Below are positions 1 through 10,593 of a stretch of DNA of 64,000 nt, piece by piece (the first letter of the stretch is position 1; each line of letters begins with the position of its first letter). The notes under the pieces were generated by a model. The model saw only the letters and a program-made list of their open reading frames with translations. It searched no databases and was not told the origin of the DNA. The position numbers and the translations under genes are program-made. The stretch comes from an uncultured bacterium (GTDB lineage Bacteria > Planctomycetota > UBA1135 > GCA-002686595): the NCBI GenBank assembly GCA_943787795.1, contig CALSNU010000001.1:96001-160000 (forward strand), read 5' to 3'.

Positions 1-405
1 GAAGACGGGATTTCAGCCCGGGCGACTCGAGAGGGCATCTTGCTGAGGAGAGCTGCTCACCGCCCTCGGGAGCGGACGTCTCGTCGGGCGACGAGTGGGC
101 CAGAGACTCGCGCTGTGATCGGCGGGTGAAGATCCCGAGCCCACGGCGCCGCGAGCGGCGTCGGAGCGGTCATTGGCGCCGCTCGAGGGACTCCATCAGG
201 GTCCGGCTCAGGCCGGCGGCGTGGAGGGGGCCGGGGCGGTCGCCGTGGCTCGGGAGCGGCGCGGGCTCTTCGTTCCTGGGGCCGCCACCAAGGAGCGGAG
301 GTGGCCGGTTGGTCTTGCCAGATCACCCCCGCGGAGGACTCCGGTCCTTCCTCTCCGAGACCTCGAGGGGTGACAGCTGCAGCATGGCCTCGATACTCTG
401 GCCGG

Positions 406-978
406 ATGCGTACGACGACCTTCGCCTTGGCCTGGCTCCTCATGGCTTGCTCGAACCAGGCTCCCCTGGAAGCGGAGGCCACCGGCCAGCAACCGCCGGC
501 TCTCGAAGCGCCCTCGGATTCGACGCCGGCGTCCGAGCCGGACCCTGTGTTGGCCGTGAAGCCAGAACCTCTGGGCCATGTGATCCGGCAGAAGGGCCAG
601 TCGAAGCACGGGCCCTTGAGCGTCGAGATCTCGGAGAAGGACGGCTCGCTGTTCTACCAGGTCTCCTTCCTGGTCCGCGTCGATGGGGAGGAGCGGACAG
701 GGGGCGGCTGTGGATCCAACTTCACCGAGGACCCGGAGGGGCCGTGGTTCGTCTACCTGGTCTCGACTCACGAGCTCTATGCCTACGGCGGTGGCGGCAT
801 GCTCAGCCATCAGACCATCGAGGTGGAGCCCGCCGACGACTCGGCGGCCGCAGCCGATGGCCATGTGCGATTCAACTGCGTGATGAAAGCCCTCACAGCC
901 GGGCCACGTTGGAACCCCGGCGAGGAGCTGCGGGCGACTCTCCCCCTGCCGCTGTTGGAGCTGATCGAGGGGAGCTGA
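406..978 (+). CDS. Hypothetical lipoprotein
   Basis: In ORF 301..978. ATG at 406 gives MRTTTFALAWLLMAC, a lipobox-like signal peptide, followed by a Pro/Ala/Glu linker. TACTCT lies 6 nt before the ATG. Confidence 0.65.
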   Translation: MRTTTFALAWLLMACSNQAPLEAEATGQQPPALEAPSDSTPASEPDPVLAVKPEPLGHVIRQKGQSKHGPLSVEISEKDGSLFYQVSFLVRVDGEERTGGGCGSNFTEDPEGPWFVYLVSTHELYAYGGGGMLSHQTIEVEPADDSAAAADGHVRFNCVMKALTAGPRWNPGEELRATLPLPLLELIEGS

Positions 979-1160
979 AGCGTCCGTCGGTGCCCCCGGC
1001 CTTGGGTTCGGGCCCGCCTACGTGGCGATGGGTGCGGGTCGAGGGGTGCCCCCAAGGGCCGCGGAGCAGGGGCCGTCCTGGCGCGGTTCTCACCCGATCG
1101 CCTCGGGATCCACGGCCGTCCCTGGAGCGATAGGGTCGAGGACGTGCACCAAGGCAGGGC

Positions 1161-2171
1161 TCATCGAGGCCTGACGCCGTCCTGTCGCTCTCGTCCACGG
1201 CGGCGAAGCAGCTCACGGCGGCGGCTCATGGACGGTGCCTCCTCCGGCGATCGAGGCTGGGGGCGGCTGTCGCCGACGAGGCGCAGGGCCCGGTCCGCGA
1301 CCGCGACCTCGACCGGCTGGCCCCAGGGCAGCGCCAGGCAGTCGCCCTCGATCCCGTCCCCGAAGACGACGCCGTCCTCCATCTCGGACTCGATGCGAAG
1401 CGGCGCGCGCCGCTCCAGGACCCCGGAGGTCCGGGTGGTCCTCGTCGCCGGGCTCTCCCAGGCTTCGCGCACGAACCAGGCCAGCCGGGGCTCGCTCGGC
1501 TCCGGGAGGCGCGTCTTCATGCGGCGCTGCCGGGCGATGGATGAAGCCCACCCCGTGGCGCCTGTGCCGGTGGCGACGATCAAGCCTGAGGACGACTGCC
1601 GCTCCATTCCGCCCGCCTCGCACAGGCGATAGCGCGCGCTCTGGTGGCTGCGGTGCCCGACGAAGATCTCGTTGAGGGCGTACAGGCTCGGGCCGCCGTC
1701 GAGCCGCGCCACCACCATCGTGCGCTCCTCGAGCGCGCTGCGCCCCGCGACGAGGTCCGCGAGGTGGTCCGCCAGGGAGGCGGCCTCGTGGGGGACCAGC
1801 ACGCCGGCATTGCGCCCTGGCTCGGGGTCGATCCCGATCACCGGCTGTCCGTCCAGGTACTTGGCCACGTTGGCCACCAGGCCGTCCTGTCCGATGGCCA
1901 CGACGACGTCGTTCGGCTCGAACAGGAAGCGATCCAGGTCGCTCCGTCCGACCGAGGTCCGGCGCCAGTCGGTGGGGATCGACCGGGACACGACCTTGGT
2001 CGCCCCATCGAAGACACGCTGCTGCTGCTCGGCATCCTCGATGGAGCCGCCGCGGGTCTCCAGGAAGAACCGCGCCTGCTGGCGGGTCCCGTGCCGACCG
2101 AGCAGCTGATCGAGCTCGGTCGGCCGCGTGACCACCACGACACGGGGAAAGAGGGGAGCAGAGAAGCCCAT
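1161..2171 (-). CDS. NAD kinase-like (PpnK/ATP-NAD kinase fold) protein, NrtR-associated
   Basis: VVAIGQDG (variant of GGDG), ALNEIF (NE motif), SSGLIVATGTGATGW (variant of DGLIVSTPTGSTAY). Starts 3 nt after the SPFH gene stop. Confidence 0.8.
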   Translation of the reverse strand: MGFSAPLFPRVVVVTRPTELDQLLGRHGTRQQARFFLETRGGSIEDAEQQQRVFDGATKVVSRSIPTDWRRTSVGRSDLDRFLFEPNDVVVAIGQDGLVANVAKYLDGQPVIGIDPEPGRNAGVLVPHEAASLADHLADLVAGRSALEERTMVVARLDGGPSLYALNEIFVGHRSHQSARYRLCEAGGMERQSSSGLIVATGTGATGWASSIARQRRMKTRLPEPSEPRLAWFVREAWESPATRTTRTSGVLERRAPLRIESEMEDGVVFGDGIEGDCLALPWGQPVEVAVADRALRLVGDSRPQPRSPEEAPSMSRRRELLRRRGRERQDGVRPR

Positions 2172-2174
2172 GCC

Positions 2175-3308
2175 CTAGCGCCTCTCGCGCCCCGGGGAGC
2201 TCAGGGCCTTGGTGCCGGCCTCCATCAGGTCCCCGAAGAGGTTCGAGAGCATGTCGGGGCTGATGTTGAGGTGCTCGATGCGGCGCAGCTTCCCGGCGAA
2301 CTCGCGGGCGGCGAGGCCGAGCATCACGTTGGACGGGAGGTCGCGGTAGATGCCGATGCGCTCCCGCTCGGCGCCGACCCGTGCCTGCTCGACGGCGACG
2401 ATGCCTTCGGCCTCGGCGGCGGACCGGATCCGTGCCTCCTGGGCCTTGGCCTCGGCGGTGACCCCGAGCTGCTCGGCCTCGGCCTCCGCAGAGATCCGGA
2501 GTCGCTCGGCCTCGGCCTCCGCAGAGATCCGGAGCTGCTCGGCCTTGGCCTCCACAGAGATCCGGTTGGCCTCGGCCTCCTCGGCGGCCCGCTTGCGGGT
2601 GTTCTCACCCTGCCGGTCGATCAGGTTGGCCTCGCGGGCGGCGAGCTCGATCCGGTTCTGCAGCTCGTTCTCACCGATCGCCCGCTCCTTCTCCACCGCG
2701 AGCGCTCGGCGCTCGAAGGTGGCCTGGTCGGCCTTCTGCTGCATGGCCTCGAGGGCCGGCGTCTGGAGAGCACGCTCAAGCTCCGCGCTGGGCGCGACCT
2801 TGCTGATCGAGACGGAGACCACCTCGATGCCGAGCTCCTCCAGGACCTTCAGCCCCTCGAGCCCCTCCCTCACGCCGTCCCTCACCACCTCGATGCCTCG
2901 CTCGAGGTGGACCCGAACGTCGAGCTGCGTGAGGGCCGCGAGCGCGAGCTGCTGCACCTGCTCGGTCAGGACATCGGACAGCTGCTCCAGGGGCTTCTCG
3001 ATCCAGTGGCCCTCGGCGAGGTCGATCGAGAAATCGACGCGCTCCGCCACACGCTCGGGGTCCGTGACGCGCCAGGTCAACATGCCCTGGGCGGTCATCT
3101 CCTGGAAGTCGGCCGAGCGGCCGCGCACCAGGAAGGTCAGGTCGCGGTCGTCGCAGGGGACCTCCGCGATGGCCGCGGTCAGCGGCTGGAACCAGTACGA
3201 GAGTCCGCGCCCGCTGCGCTGCAGGCTGCCGCGGCTCCAGTGCAGGACGTGACGGCTGGGCTCGCTGCGTAGGTGACGCAGGACGGGGAACTTGCTGATC
3301 TGGACCAT
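2175..3308 (-). CDS. SPFH/Band 7 (flotillin-like) domain protein with Ala/Glu coiled coil
   Basis: SPFH-like core (RSADFQEMTAQGMLTWRVTDP; LGIEVVSVSISKV) followed by AEAEAE coiled-coil repeats. SD-like AAGGAG upstream. Confidence 0.85.
   Translation of the reverse strand: MVQISKFPVLRHLRSEPSRHVLHWSRGSLQRSGRGLSYWFQPLTAAIAEVPCDDRDLTFLVRGRSADFQEMTAQGMLTWRVTDPERVAERVDFSIDLAEGHWIEKPLEQLSDVLTEQVQQLALAALTQLDVRVHLERGIEVVRDGVREGLEGLKVLEELGIEVVSVSISKVAPSAELERALQTPALEAMQQKADQATFERRALAVEKERAIGENELQNRIELAAREANLIDRQGENTRKRAAEEAEANRISVEAKAEQLRISAEAEAERLRISAEAEAEQLGVTAEAKAQEARIRSAAEAEGIVAVEQARVGAERERIGIYRDLPSNVMLGLAAREFAGKLRRIEHLNISPDMLSNLFGDLMEAGTKALSSPGRERR
2466..2580 (-). repeat. In-frame 33-bp tandem repeat (about 3.5 copies; ISAEAEAERLR-like) in the SPFH coiled coil
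   Basis: ggcctccgcagagatccgg recurs with 33-nt period. Boundaries are approximate. Confidence 0.7.
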
Positions 3309-3326
3309 GATGATCTCTCCTTGGGT

Positions 3327-4049
3327 TCAAACGGCCGAGGCCTGGTGGATTCGATAGAGCTCGGCGGGACGGTGCAGCACGTTCTGCTCCCGCTCGCCGG
3401 TGGGTTCGATGAGGCCGGTCGCGAGCATCCGGCGGCGGAATGAGTCCTTGTTGAGCTCGCGCCCGAGGATCGTCTCGTGCACGGTCTGAAGGTCGCGGAG
3501 GGTGAAGCGGTCCGGCAGGAGCTGGAAGCCGAGGGCGGCGTAGTCGAGCTTCCCGCGCAGGCGCTTCACTGCGGCTCCCAGGATCTCTGCGTGGTCGAAG
3601 GCGAGGTCCATGCCCTCGACCTCGACGGGCCCTCCCTCCTCGCCCTCCCAAGGGACCTGCAGCTCCGCGAGGGGGCGGCCCGTCGCCTCCAGTCGCGCGT
3701 GGTCCACGAGCGCCACGTACGCCACCGAGATGACCCGGGTCCTCGGGTCGCGCCCCAGAGAGCCGAAGGAGTAGAGCTGCTCCAGGAAGATGCCCTCGAG
3801 GCCGCCCTTGTCCCGCAGCACCCGCGCCGCCGCGTCGTCCAGGGACTCGTTCATGCCGACGAAGCCTCCCGGGAGCGCCCACGCGCCCCGCTGGGGCGGC
3901 TCGACCCGCTCGACGAGGAGGACCCTCAGGCCGCCCTCGTGGACGGTGAGGAGCGCCACGTCGACCGCCACGGAGGGTCGTTCAAACTCGCTGGCGTCGT
4001 ATCCCGCGAGGAACTGAGCGTCCTCAGATCTAATATCGGCGTCATGCAT
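3327..4049 (-). CDS. nrtR: NrtR-family Nudix-related transcriptional regulator
   Basis: SVAVDV...WALPGGFV...LEQLYSFG..GRDPR.RVISVAY Nudix-like domain, LAFDHAEIL, and wHTH C-terminus (FTLRDLQTVHETILGRELNKDSFRRR...HRPAELY). Start placed at ATG 4049. Confidence 0.9.
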   Translation of the reverse strand: MHDADIRSEDAQFLAGYDASEFERPSVAVDVALLTVHEGGLRVLLVERVEPPQRGAWALPGGFVGMNESLDDAAARVLRDKGGLEGIFLEQLYSFGSLGRDPRTRVISVAYVALVDHARLEATGRPLAELQVPWEGEEGGPVEVEGMDLAFDHAEILGAAVKRLRGKLDYAALGFQLLPDRFTLRDLQTVHETILGRELNKDSFRRRMLATGLIEPTGEREQNVLHRPAELYRIHQASAV

Positions 4050-4059
4050 ATATGCATGA
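4042..4059. promoter_or_regulatory. Perfect 18-bp palindrome TCATGCATATATGCATGA overlapping the nrtR -10 box and start codon; candidate NrtR operator
   Basis: Self-complementary AT-rich 18-mer in a GC-rich genome. It overlaps the minus-strand TATCAT (4061-4056) and ATG (4049-4047). Confidence 0.6.
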
Positions 4060-4151
4060 TAGCGCAAAGTGCAGCGGCGCCGAACGGGGGACTTGAGAAA
4101 ACGTCAGGGCCGCGCCTGGGGAGGGGCCAACCCGAGCGCCTTCACGACGAA

Positions 4152-4187
4152 GCGGGCCGCGCCGGGGAGGTCCCCGGCGCGGCCCGC
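4152..4187 (-). terminator. GC-rich hairpin downstream of groEL
   Basis: 17-bp perfect inverted repeat gcgggccgcgccgggga / tccccggcgcggcccgc, about 40 nt after the groEL stop. Weak U-tract. Confidence 0.65.
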
Positions 4188-4229
4188 GCGATTCCGTCCT
4201 TGGTGCGCCCGGGTGGGGGCGCGGAGGGA

Positions 4230-5852
<1,623 letters not shown>

Positions 5853-5891
5853 GGGATGGTGGTGGTCAGGGGTGGAGCGGAGTCAGCTCGA

Positions 5892-6203
5892 TCAGCCGAT
5901 GATCGCGAGGATGTCGTCCTCGCGCATGATGATGTACTCCGCGCCGTCGTGCTTGACGTCGGTGCCGGCGTACGAGGTGAAGAGGACGCGGTCGCCCTTG
6001 GAGACGCAGAAGGTGCTCTTGTCCCCGTTGTCGAGGGTCTTGCCGTCACCGGTGGCGACGATGATCCCTTCCTTCGGCTTCTCCTTGGCGCTCTCGGGGA
6101 GCAGGATGCCGCCGGCGGTCTTCTCTTCGGCCTCAACGCGCTGGATGAGGACGCGGTCCCCGAGGGGGCGGATGGCGACGTTCTTCTTGGTCTTGGTGGC
6201 CAT
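5892..6203 (-). CDS. groS: Co-chaperonin GroES
   Basis: [12 protein letters not shown]...[16 protein letters not shown]...[13 protein letters not shown]. Directly upstream of groEL. Confidence 0.99.
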   Translation of the reverse strand: MATKTKKNVAIRPLGDRVLIQRVEAEEKTAGGILLPESAKEKPKEGIIVATGDGKTLDNGDKSTFCVSKGDRVLFTSYAGTDVKHDGAEYIIMREDDILAIIG

Positions 6204-6317
6204 GATGGGTTCGCGCCGCGTACGGCGCCGATTGCTTTCGTGGGGGTCTAGTGGAGGGGGAGTAAAGTCGATGGCGCCGCGCGGCAGAGGCCAGCGCGAC
6301 GTCGAATGGTGTTCGGG

Positions 6318-6749
6318 CTAGCTGGCGCGGCCCCAGACCTCGTCGAGGACGCGCTGGACTTCTTGGCGCAGCTCGAGGGGTTGGACCGGCTTGCGGAGGA
6401 AGGCGCGGGCGCCCTTGTCCAGGGCCCAGCTCGCGACGCCCTCGGAGGCGGCGCCGGACCAGAGGATGCAGGGAAGCTCGGGCCGCTGGCCCTGGAGCAG
6501 GCTGAAGAGCGCCAGCCCGCCGTCGCCCGGCTCGAGGCCGAGGTCGTTGGGCTGCTGGGGCGGGGGCATGTGGACGTCCGCCAGCACCAGGTGGAGGGGC
6601 TCGCCTGCATCGAAGGCGCGCTCGACCACGACCATGGCCTCTTCGCCGTCTCCAGCCTCCACGACGGTGAGGCCCGTGCCAACGAGGAGCTCAGCGGCTC
6701 CCTGTCGCACACAGGTGTCGTCGTCGGCAATGAGGATTCGGCGGTCCAT
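6318..6749 (-). CDS. Single-domain response regulator (CheY-like receiver)
   Basis: ILIADDD, LADVHMP (phospho-acceptor Asp), ILWSG, GARAFLRKPV. Start taken at ATG 6749. Confidence 0.85.
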   Translation of the reverse strand: MDRRILIADDDTCVRQGAAELLVGTGLTVVEAGDGEEAMVVVERAFDAGEPLHLVLADVHMPPPQQPNDLGLEPGDGGLALFSLLQGQRPELPCILWSGAASEGVASWALDKGARAFLRKPVQPLELRQEVQRVLDEVWGRAS

Positions 6750-6880
6750 GGTCTCGCACCAGGGTGCAAACGGCGTGCCGCTTCTCGGGCGGGCCCCCGC
6801 GCCCGTCCAGAGCCGGGGCCCGCGGGCCCTGCCGGACGGCCCAGGTCCCCCCTCCGGGCCCTCCTGCGGGTGATTGCCCG

Positions 6881-6935
6881 CTGCCAACGTGGCAGGGAGT
6901 CTGCGGCGCGTCATTCCACCCTGTCACCGTGGCAG
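6881..6935. promoter_or_regulatory. Pair of 15-bp quasi-palindromes (CTGYCAMCGTGGCAG) 40 bp apart in a divergent promoter region
   Basis: CTGCCAACGTGGCAG at 6881-6895 and CTGTCACCGTGGCAG at 6921-6935. Confidence 0.45.
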
Positions 6936-6982
6936 GGCGATCGACCGGGGGATCGGTGGCCGCGCGACGCTACCTTGTGAGC

Positions 6983-8065
6983 ATGCTGCCCGTCTTTGAT
7001 TGCCACGCGGACGCCCTCCAGAGGGCCCTCGACCTCGGTCATGACCTCGGTCAGGAAACCCACGGTCACCTGGACCTCGTCCGGGGCCGCCGGGGAGGCC
7101 TCGCCGCGGTGGTCCTCACCGCCTGGATTGACGGGTCCTATGCCGGGGAGGCGGGCGCCGCCAAGCGGCGGACGAACGCCCTCCTCGACGCGGCCGACGA
7201 CCTGTTCGCTCGGCACCCCGAGAGCCTGCGAAGGGTGGTGGACGGGGCAGATCTCGTGGAGCCAGACCCTGGCCGTCTCATGGGTGTGCTCGCCATCGAG
7301 GGCGGGCACGCCATCGAGGACGACCTCGACCAGCTGGATCACTACGCCGCGCGAGGGGTGCGGGTCATGACGCTGACCTGGAACAACCACCTCTCCTGGG
7401 CGCGCTCTTGCCGCGACGGTGCTGGGCCGAACGTTCCGGAGGGGCTCTCGGACTTCGGGGTCCGTGTCGTGAAGCGCATGGGAGAGCTGGGCATGCTCGT
7501 GGATCTTTCCCACGCGGGCGAGCGCACGTTCTTTGACGCGCTGGAGGCGGCGGTCGCGCCGCCCATGGTGAGCCACTCCGGCTGCCGCGCTCTGAGCGAT
7601 CACCCGCGCAACGTGACCGACGATCAGCTCCGCGCCCTCGCCCAGCGCGACGGGGTGCTGGGGATCCCCTTCGCCACGGCCTTCCTTGACGAGGCCGAGC
7701 GGCGGGCAGAGCAGGCGTTCCGCGAGACCGAGCCGTACAAGAGCGCCGGAGGCGACAACGCCACGGAGCGGCTGCTCCTCGAGGGCGACGCCATCCAGTC
7801 CGGGATGCCGCCTTTTCCCCTCGACCGGGTGGCGGATCACGTGCTGCATGCTCTCGAGGTCGCGGGCCCCCGGCATGTGGCCCTGGGCGCGGACTTTGAT
7901 GGCATCGATCGCCGCCCCGCAGGGCTCGAGGATGCGAGCGGCTACCCGGCGCTCCTCGAGGTCCTCGCCCGCCGCGGTGTGGACGAGGAGACGCTGGGCC
8001 TGGTCGCCTATCACAACGCAGCGCGGGCGATCGCGGCGGCGACCTCGCTGGCTGCAGCGCGGTGA
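6983..8065 (+). CDS. Membrane dipeptidase (peptidase M19 family)
   Basis: FDCHAD, LAIEGGHAI, MTLTWN, MLVDLSH, SHSGCRAL..HPRNVTDDQL, GADFDG motifs. TACCTT 6 nt before ATG 6983. Confidence 0.92.
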   Translation: MLPVFDCHADALQRALDLGHDLGQETHGHLDLVRGRRGGLAAVVLTAWIDGSYAGEAGAAKRRTNALLDAADDLFARHPESLRRVVDGADLVEPDPGRLMGVLAIEGGHAIEDDLDQLDHYAARGVRVMTLTWNNHLSWARSCRDGAGPNVPEGLSDFGVRVVKRMGELGMLVDLSHAGERTFFDALEAAVAPPMVSHSGCRALSDHPRNVTDDQLRALAQRDGVLGIPFATAFLDEAERRAEQAFRETEPYKSAGGDNATERLLLEGDAIQSGMPPFPLDRVADHVLHALEVAGPRHVALGADFDGIDRRPAGLEDASGYPALLEVLARRGVDEETLGLVAYHNAARAIAAATSLAAAR

Positions 8066-8094
8066 CGGTGCCGTGATGGTGCCGTGACGGTGCG
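8062..8094 (+). repeat. 11-bp tandem repeat x3 starting on the dipeptidase stop codon
   Basis: gtgacggtgcc / gtgatggtgcc / gtgacggtgcg. First unit contains the TGA at 8063-8065. Confidence 0.65.
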
Positions 8095-8146
8095 CGGCGG
8101 TCCGTGGAGGGCAGCAACCCGGGGGCGCAGGTAGACTGCTTCGCCC

Positions 8147-9067
8147 GTGCGCGTCTTCTACTGCGATCACTTCGAGGTGGTGCTGCCTCCCAAGCACCGC
8201 TTCCCCATGCACAAGTACGGTCTGCTCCGGGAGCGGCTCGTGGGGGAGGGAATCGTGGACGAAGGTGACCTCGCGCGGGCGACCACCGCGCCGCTTGAGG
8301 ACCTCTTCGCGGTCCACGACCCCGACTACGTCCAGGGGTTCTTGGACGGGGACCTGCCGCGCAAGGTCGTCCAGCGCATCGGCTTCCCCTGGTCGGAGGA
8401 GATAGTGATGCGCTCCCTCGGGAGCGTGGGGAGCACCCTCGCGGCGGTGGATGCGGCTCTGGAGGACGGTCTCTCAGGGACCCTCGCGGGCGGCACGCAC
8501 CACGCCTATCGAGACTTCGGCTCGGGGTACTGCGTCTTCAATGACCTCGCGGTCGCGGCGCGCCGTGTCCTCGACCGGGGCGCCGTGCAGCGCGTCCTCG
8601 TCTTCGACGTGGATGTCCATCAGGGCGACGGCACCGCGTCCATCTTCGAGGAGGACCCGCGGGTCTTCACCTGTTCGATCCACGGGGAGCGGAACTTCCC
8701 GAGCCGCAAGCAGCGCAGCGACCTCGACGTCCCGCTGCCTGATGACACTGGGGATGAGGCGTACCTCGCGGCCCTCAACGGCGCGCTGGATGAGGCCATG
8801 GAGCGCTCGCGTCCGGACCTCGTGCTCTACCAGGGAGGTGTGGACGTGCTCGAGGTCGACCGGCTCGGCCGCATGGCGCTCAGTGAGGCGGGCGTGGAGG
8901 AGCGGGATCGGCGGGCGCTCTCGCGCTTTCGCGGCGAAGGGCTGCCTGTGGCCCTCACCCTCGGCGGCGGCTACGCGGACCCGGTGGAGGCGTCGGTGGC
9001 GGCCTACGCGGGCACGTATCGCGTGGCGCAGGCGCTCGAGAGCGGTGCCGAAGAGTCTCAGCTGTAA
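8147..9067 (+). CDS. Histone deacetylase family protein
   Basis: HRFPMHKY, GGTHHA, GYCVFNDLAV, DVDVHQGDGT, D.LG, GGGY motifs. Confidence 0.93.
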   Translation: MRVFYCDHFEVVLPPKHRFPMHKYGLLRERLVGEGIVDEGDLARATTAPLEDLFAVHDPDYVQGFLDGDLPRKVVQRIGFPWSEEIVMRSLGSVGSTLAAVDAALEDGLSGTLAGGTHHAYRDFGSGYCVFNDLAVAARRVLDRGAVQRVLVFDVDVHQGDGTASIFEEDPRVFTCSIHGERNFPSRKQRSDLDVPLPDDTGDEAYLAALNGALDEAMERSRPDLVLYQGGVDVLEVDRLGRMALSEAGVEERDRRALSRFRGEGLPVALTLGGGYADPVEASVAAYAGTYRVAQALESGAEESQL

Positions 9068-9148
9068 CCGGCTCAAGGCGTGATCGTCCTGAGCTCTGAG
9101 GGCGCGCGATGGGTCGCGCTCGAAGACCTTTGAAACGGAGAGAGCGCG

Positions 9149-9619
9149 ATGCGGATCGAGGCCTGTGACGGGACGGATGTGGACGACTTTGTCGTCGTGG
9201 AGGACGGTGACTATCAGATGCGGGTGGGAGAGGTGCGCGCCGTCGAAACAGGGGACGGACGGGCGGCGTGGATGCTCCGCATGGAGCTCACGGACGGCGA
9301 GCTCGCCGGTCGAACAGCGGTCCTGGACTGGCTCAACTTCACCGAGCGCGGGCTGCGACGCGTCCGCATGGTCCTCGCGGCCCTCGGCTTCGATGTGACG
9401 GTGTCCATGGACGTGGAGCCCGAGGAGCTGCTGGGCTGCGAGGCGATGGTCGAGATCGCGACACAGGAGTCCCGGAGGGAGAGCGACGGCCGGCTCCTTC
9501 GTCGTAGCCGGGTGGCCTATGACGGTTGGCGGCCGGTCGCTGCTGGTCAGCCGGTGGCCGATGTTGGGGAGGGCACTGCTGATCGGGAGGTCGCTGGACT
9601 CTTGGCCTCGCACGGCTGA
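9149..9619 (+). CDS. Putative DUF669-like (phage-type single-stranded DNA-binding) protein
   Basis: F.VVEDGDYQMRV.EV...LRMELTDGELAGR..LDWL...EELLG.EAMVEI resembles DUF669 by eye. SD-like GGAG upstream. Confidence 0.55.
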   Translation: MRIEACDGTDVDDFVVVEDGDYQMRVGEVRAVETGDGRAAWMLRMELTDGELAGRTAVLDWLNFTERGLRRVRMVLAALGFDVTVSMDVEPEELLGCEAMVEIATQESRRESDGRLLRRSRVAYDGWRPVAAGQPVADVGEGTADREVAGLLASHG

Positions 9620-9823
9620 AGGCCCGAGCCGCCCACTTGCCTATGGGGGGCGCCACTGGCCCATGAGGGGAGCCGCGGGACCGTGGGGGGGGGGCCAGTG
9701 GTGGGTGCCAGCGGCCGGTGCCAGTGGCCTGTGGGGGATGGTGAGGCTCTGGATGCTGGACACCGGAACGCAGGAAGCGCCGCGGGGCTTTACAGCGGGA
9801 GGGTCGGGCGTGAAGCTGCGCGT

Positions 9824-10270
9824 GTGACTGGTCCCATCGAAGTCGACGAGGCCGCCATCGGGCGAGCTCTGGAGGCCGCCCGCTCCGTGAGGGTGGCGGC
9901 CCACGCGCCCTACTCCCGGTTCCGGGTGGGAGCGGCGGTGCTCGACGCGGAGGGCCGCCTCCACAGCGGCTGCAACGTGGAGAGCGCCAGCTTTGGCCTG
10001 ACCCTCTGCGCAGAGCGCAATGCCCTCTCGACCCGGGTCGCGGACCTGGGGCGTGGGGGAGGCGCTGGCCTGGAAGACCCCGTCGTGGTGGTCGCCATCC
10101 GAACGGACGCCGAGACGCCGACGGCGCCCTGCGGGGCTTGTCGCCAGTGGCTCGCCGAGTTCGCGCCCCGAGCCGTCGTCGTCGCGGAGGCGGCGGACGG
10201 GTCGACGGCGACGTGGGCGGTGGATGAGCTGCTGCCGAACGCCTTTCGGGGCGACCAGCTCGGCGGCTGA
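9824..10270 (+). CDS. cdd: Cytidine deaminase
   Basis: APYSRFRVGAAV, GCNVESASFGLTLCAERNA, PCGACRQ, ELLPNAF motifs. GTG start at 9824 inferred. Confidence 0.95.
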   Translation: MTGPIEVDEAAIGRALEAARSVRVAAHAPYSRFRVGAAVLDAEGRLHSGCNVESASFGLTLCAERNALSTRVADLGRGGGAGLEDPVVVVAIRTDAETPTAPCGACRQWLAEFAPRAVVVAEAADGSTATWAVDELLPNAFRGDQLGG

Positions 10271-10509
10271 GCGCCGCGGCCGCGGAATCCCTCCTGGGAT
10301 CTCCGCGCAGCCGTCACCCCGGACGTGGTGATCCGTCATCTCCGCATGGGGCGGTGGAATCGGGCTGTTTGCCGGGGAGGGCCTGGTGGGGGTGCTGTGG
10401 GCTTCCTGGTCTTGCTCGCCGGCTCATGCATGGACTCGGCCCCTCCCGTGCGGGACACTCTCACCCATGAACTGGCGAGGGATCGACAAGGTATGGAGCG
10501 TCAGTCGGC

Positions 10510-10593
10510 GGCTGGTCCAACGGCCGGCCCAACGGCCAGCTCGGCGGCTGGCTCATGGGCTGGCTCATGGGCTGGCCCAAAGGCCGGCTTGGT
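10510..10593. repeat. Degenerate 12-bp tandem repeat x7 upstream of ligA
   Basis: ggctggtccaac, ggccggcccaac, ggccagctcggc, ggctggctcatg x2, ggctggcccaaa, ggccggcttggt. Confidence 0.6.

Noticed and set aside
1..393. Gene fragment at the left edge
   Set aside because: No convincing coding frame or motif.
6204..6320. CIRCE element upstream of groES
   Set aside because: No TTAGCACTC-N9-GAGTGCTAA-like sequence found.
6890..6905. Sigma-54 promoter TGGCAGGGAGTCTGC
   Set aside because: GG-N10-GC spacing fits, but the match to TGGCAC-N5-TTGC is weak and likely by chance at this GC content.
9640..9740. G10 run and G-rich stretch as a phase-variation tract or G-quadruplex
   Set aside because: Intergenic, not within an identifiable promoter or CDS, and unremarkable in GC-rich DNA.
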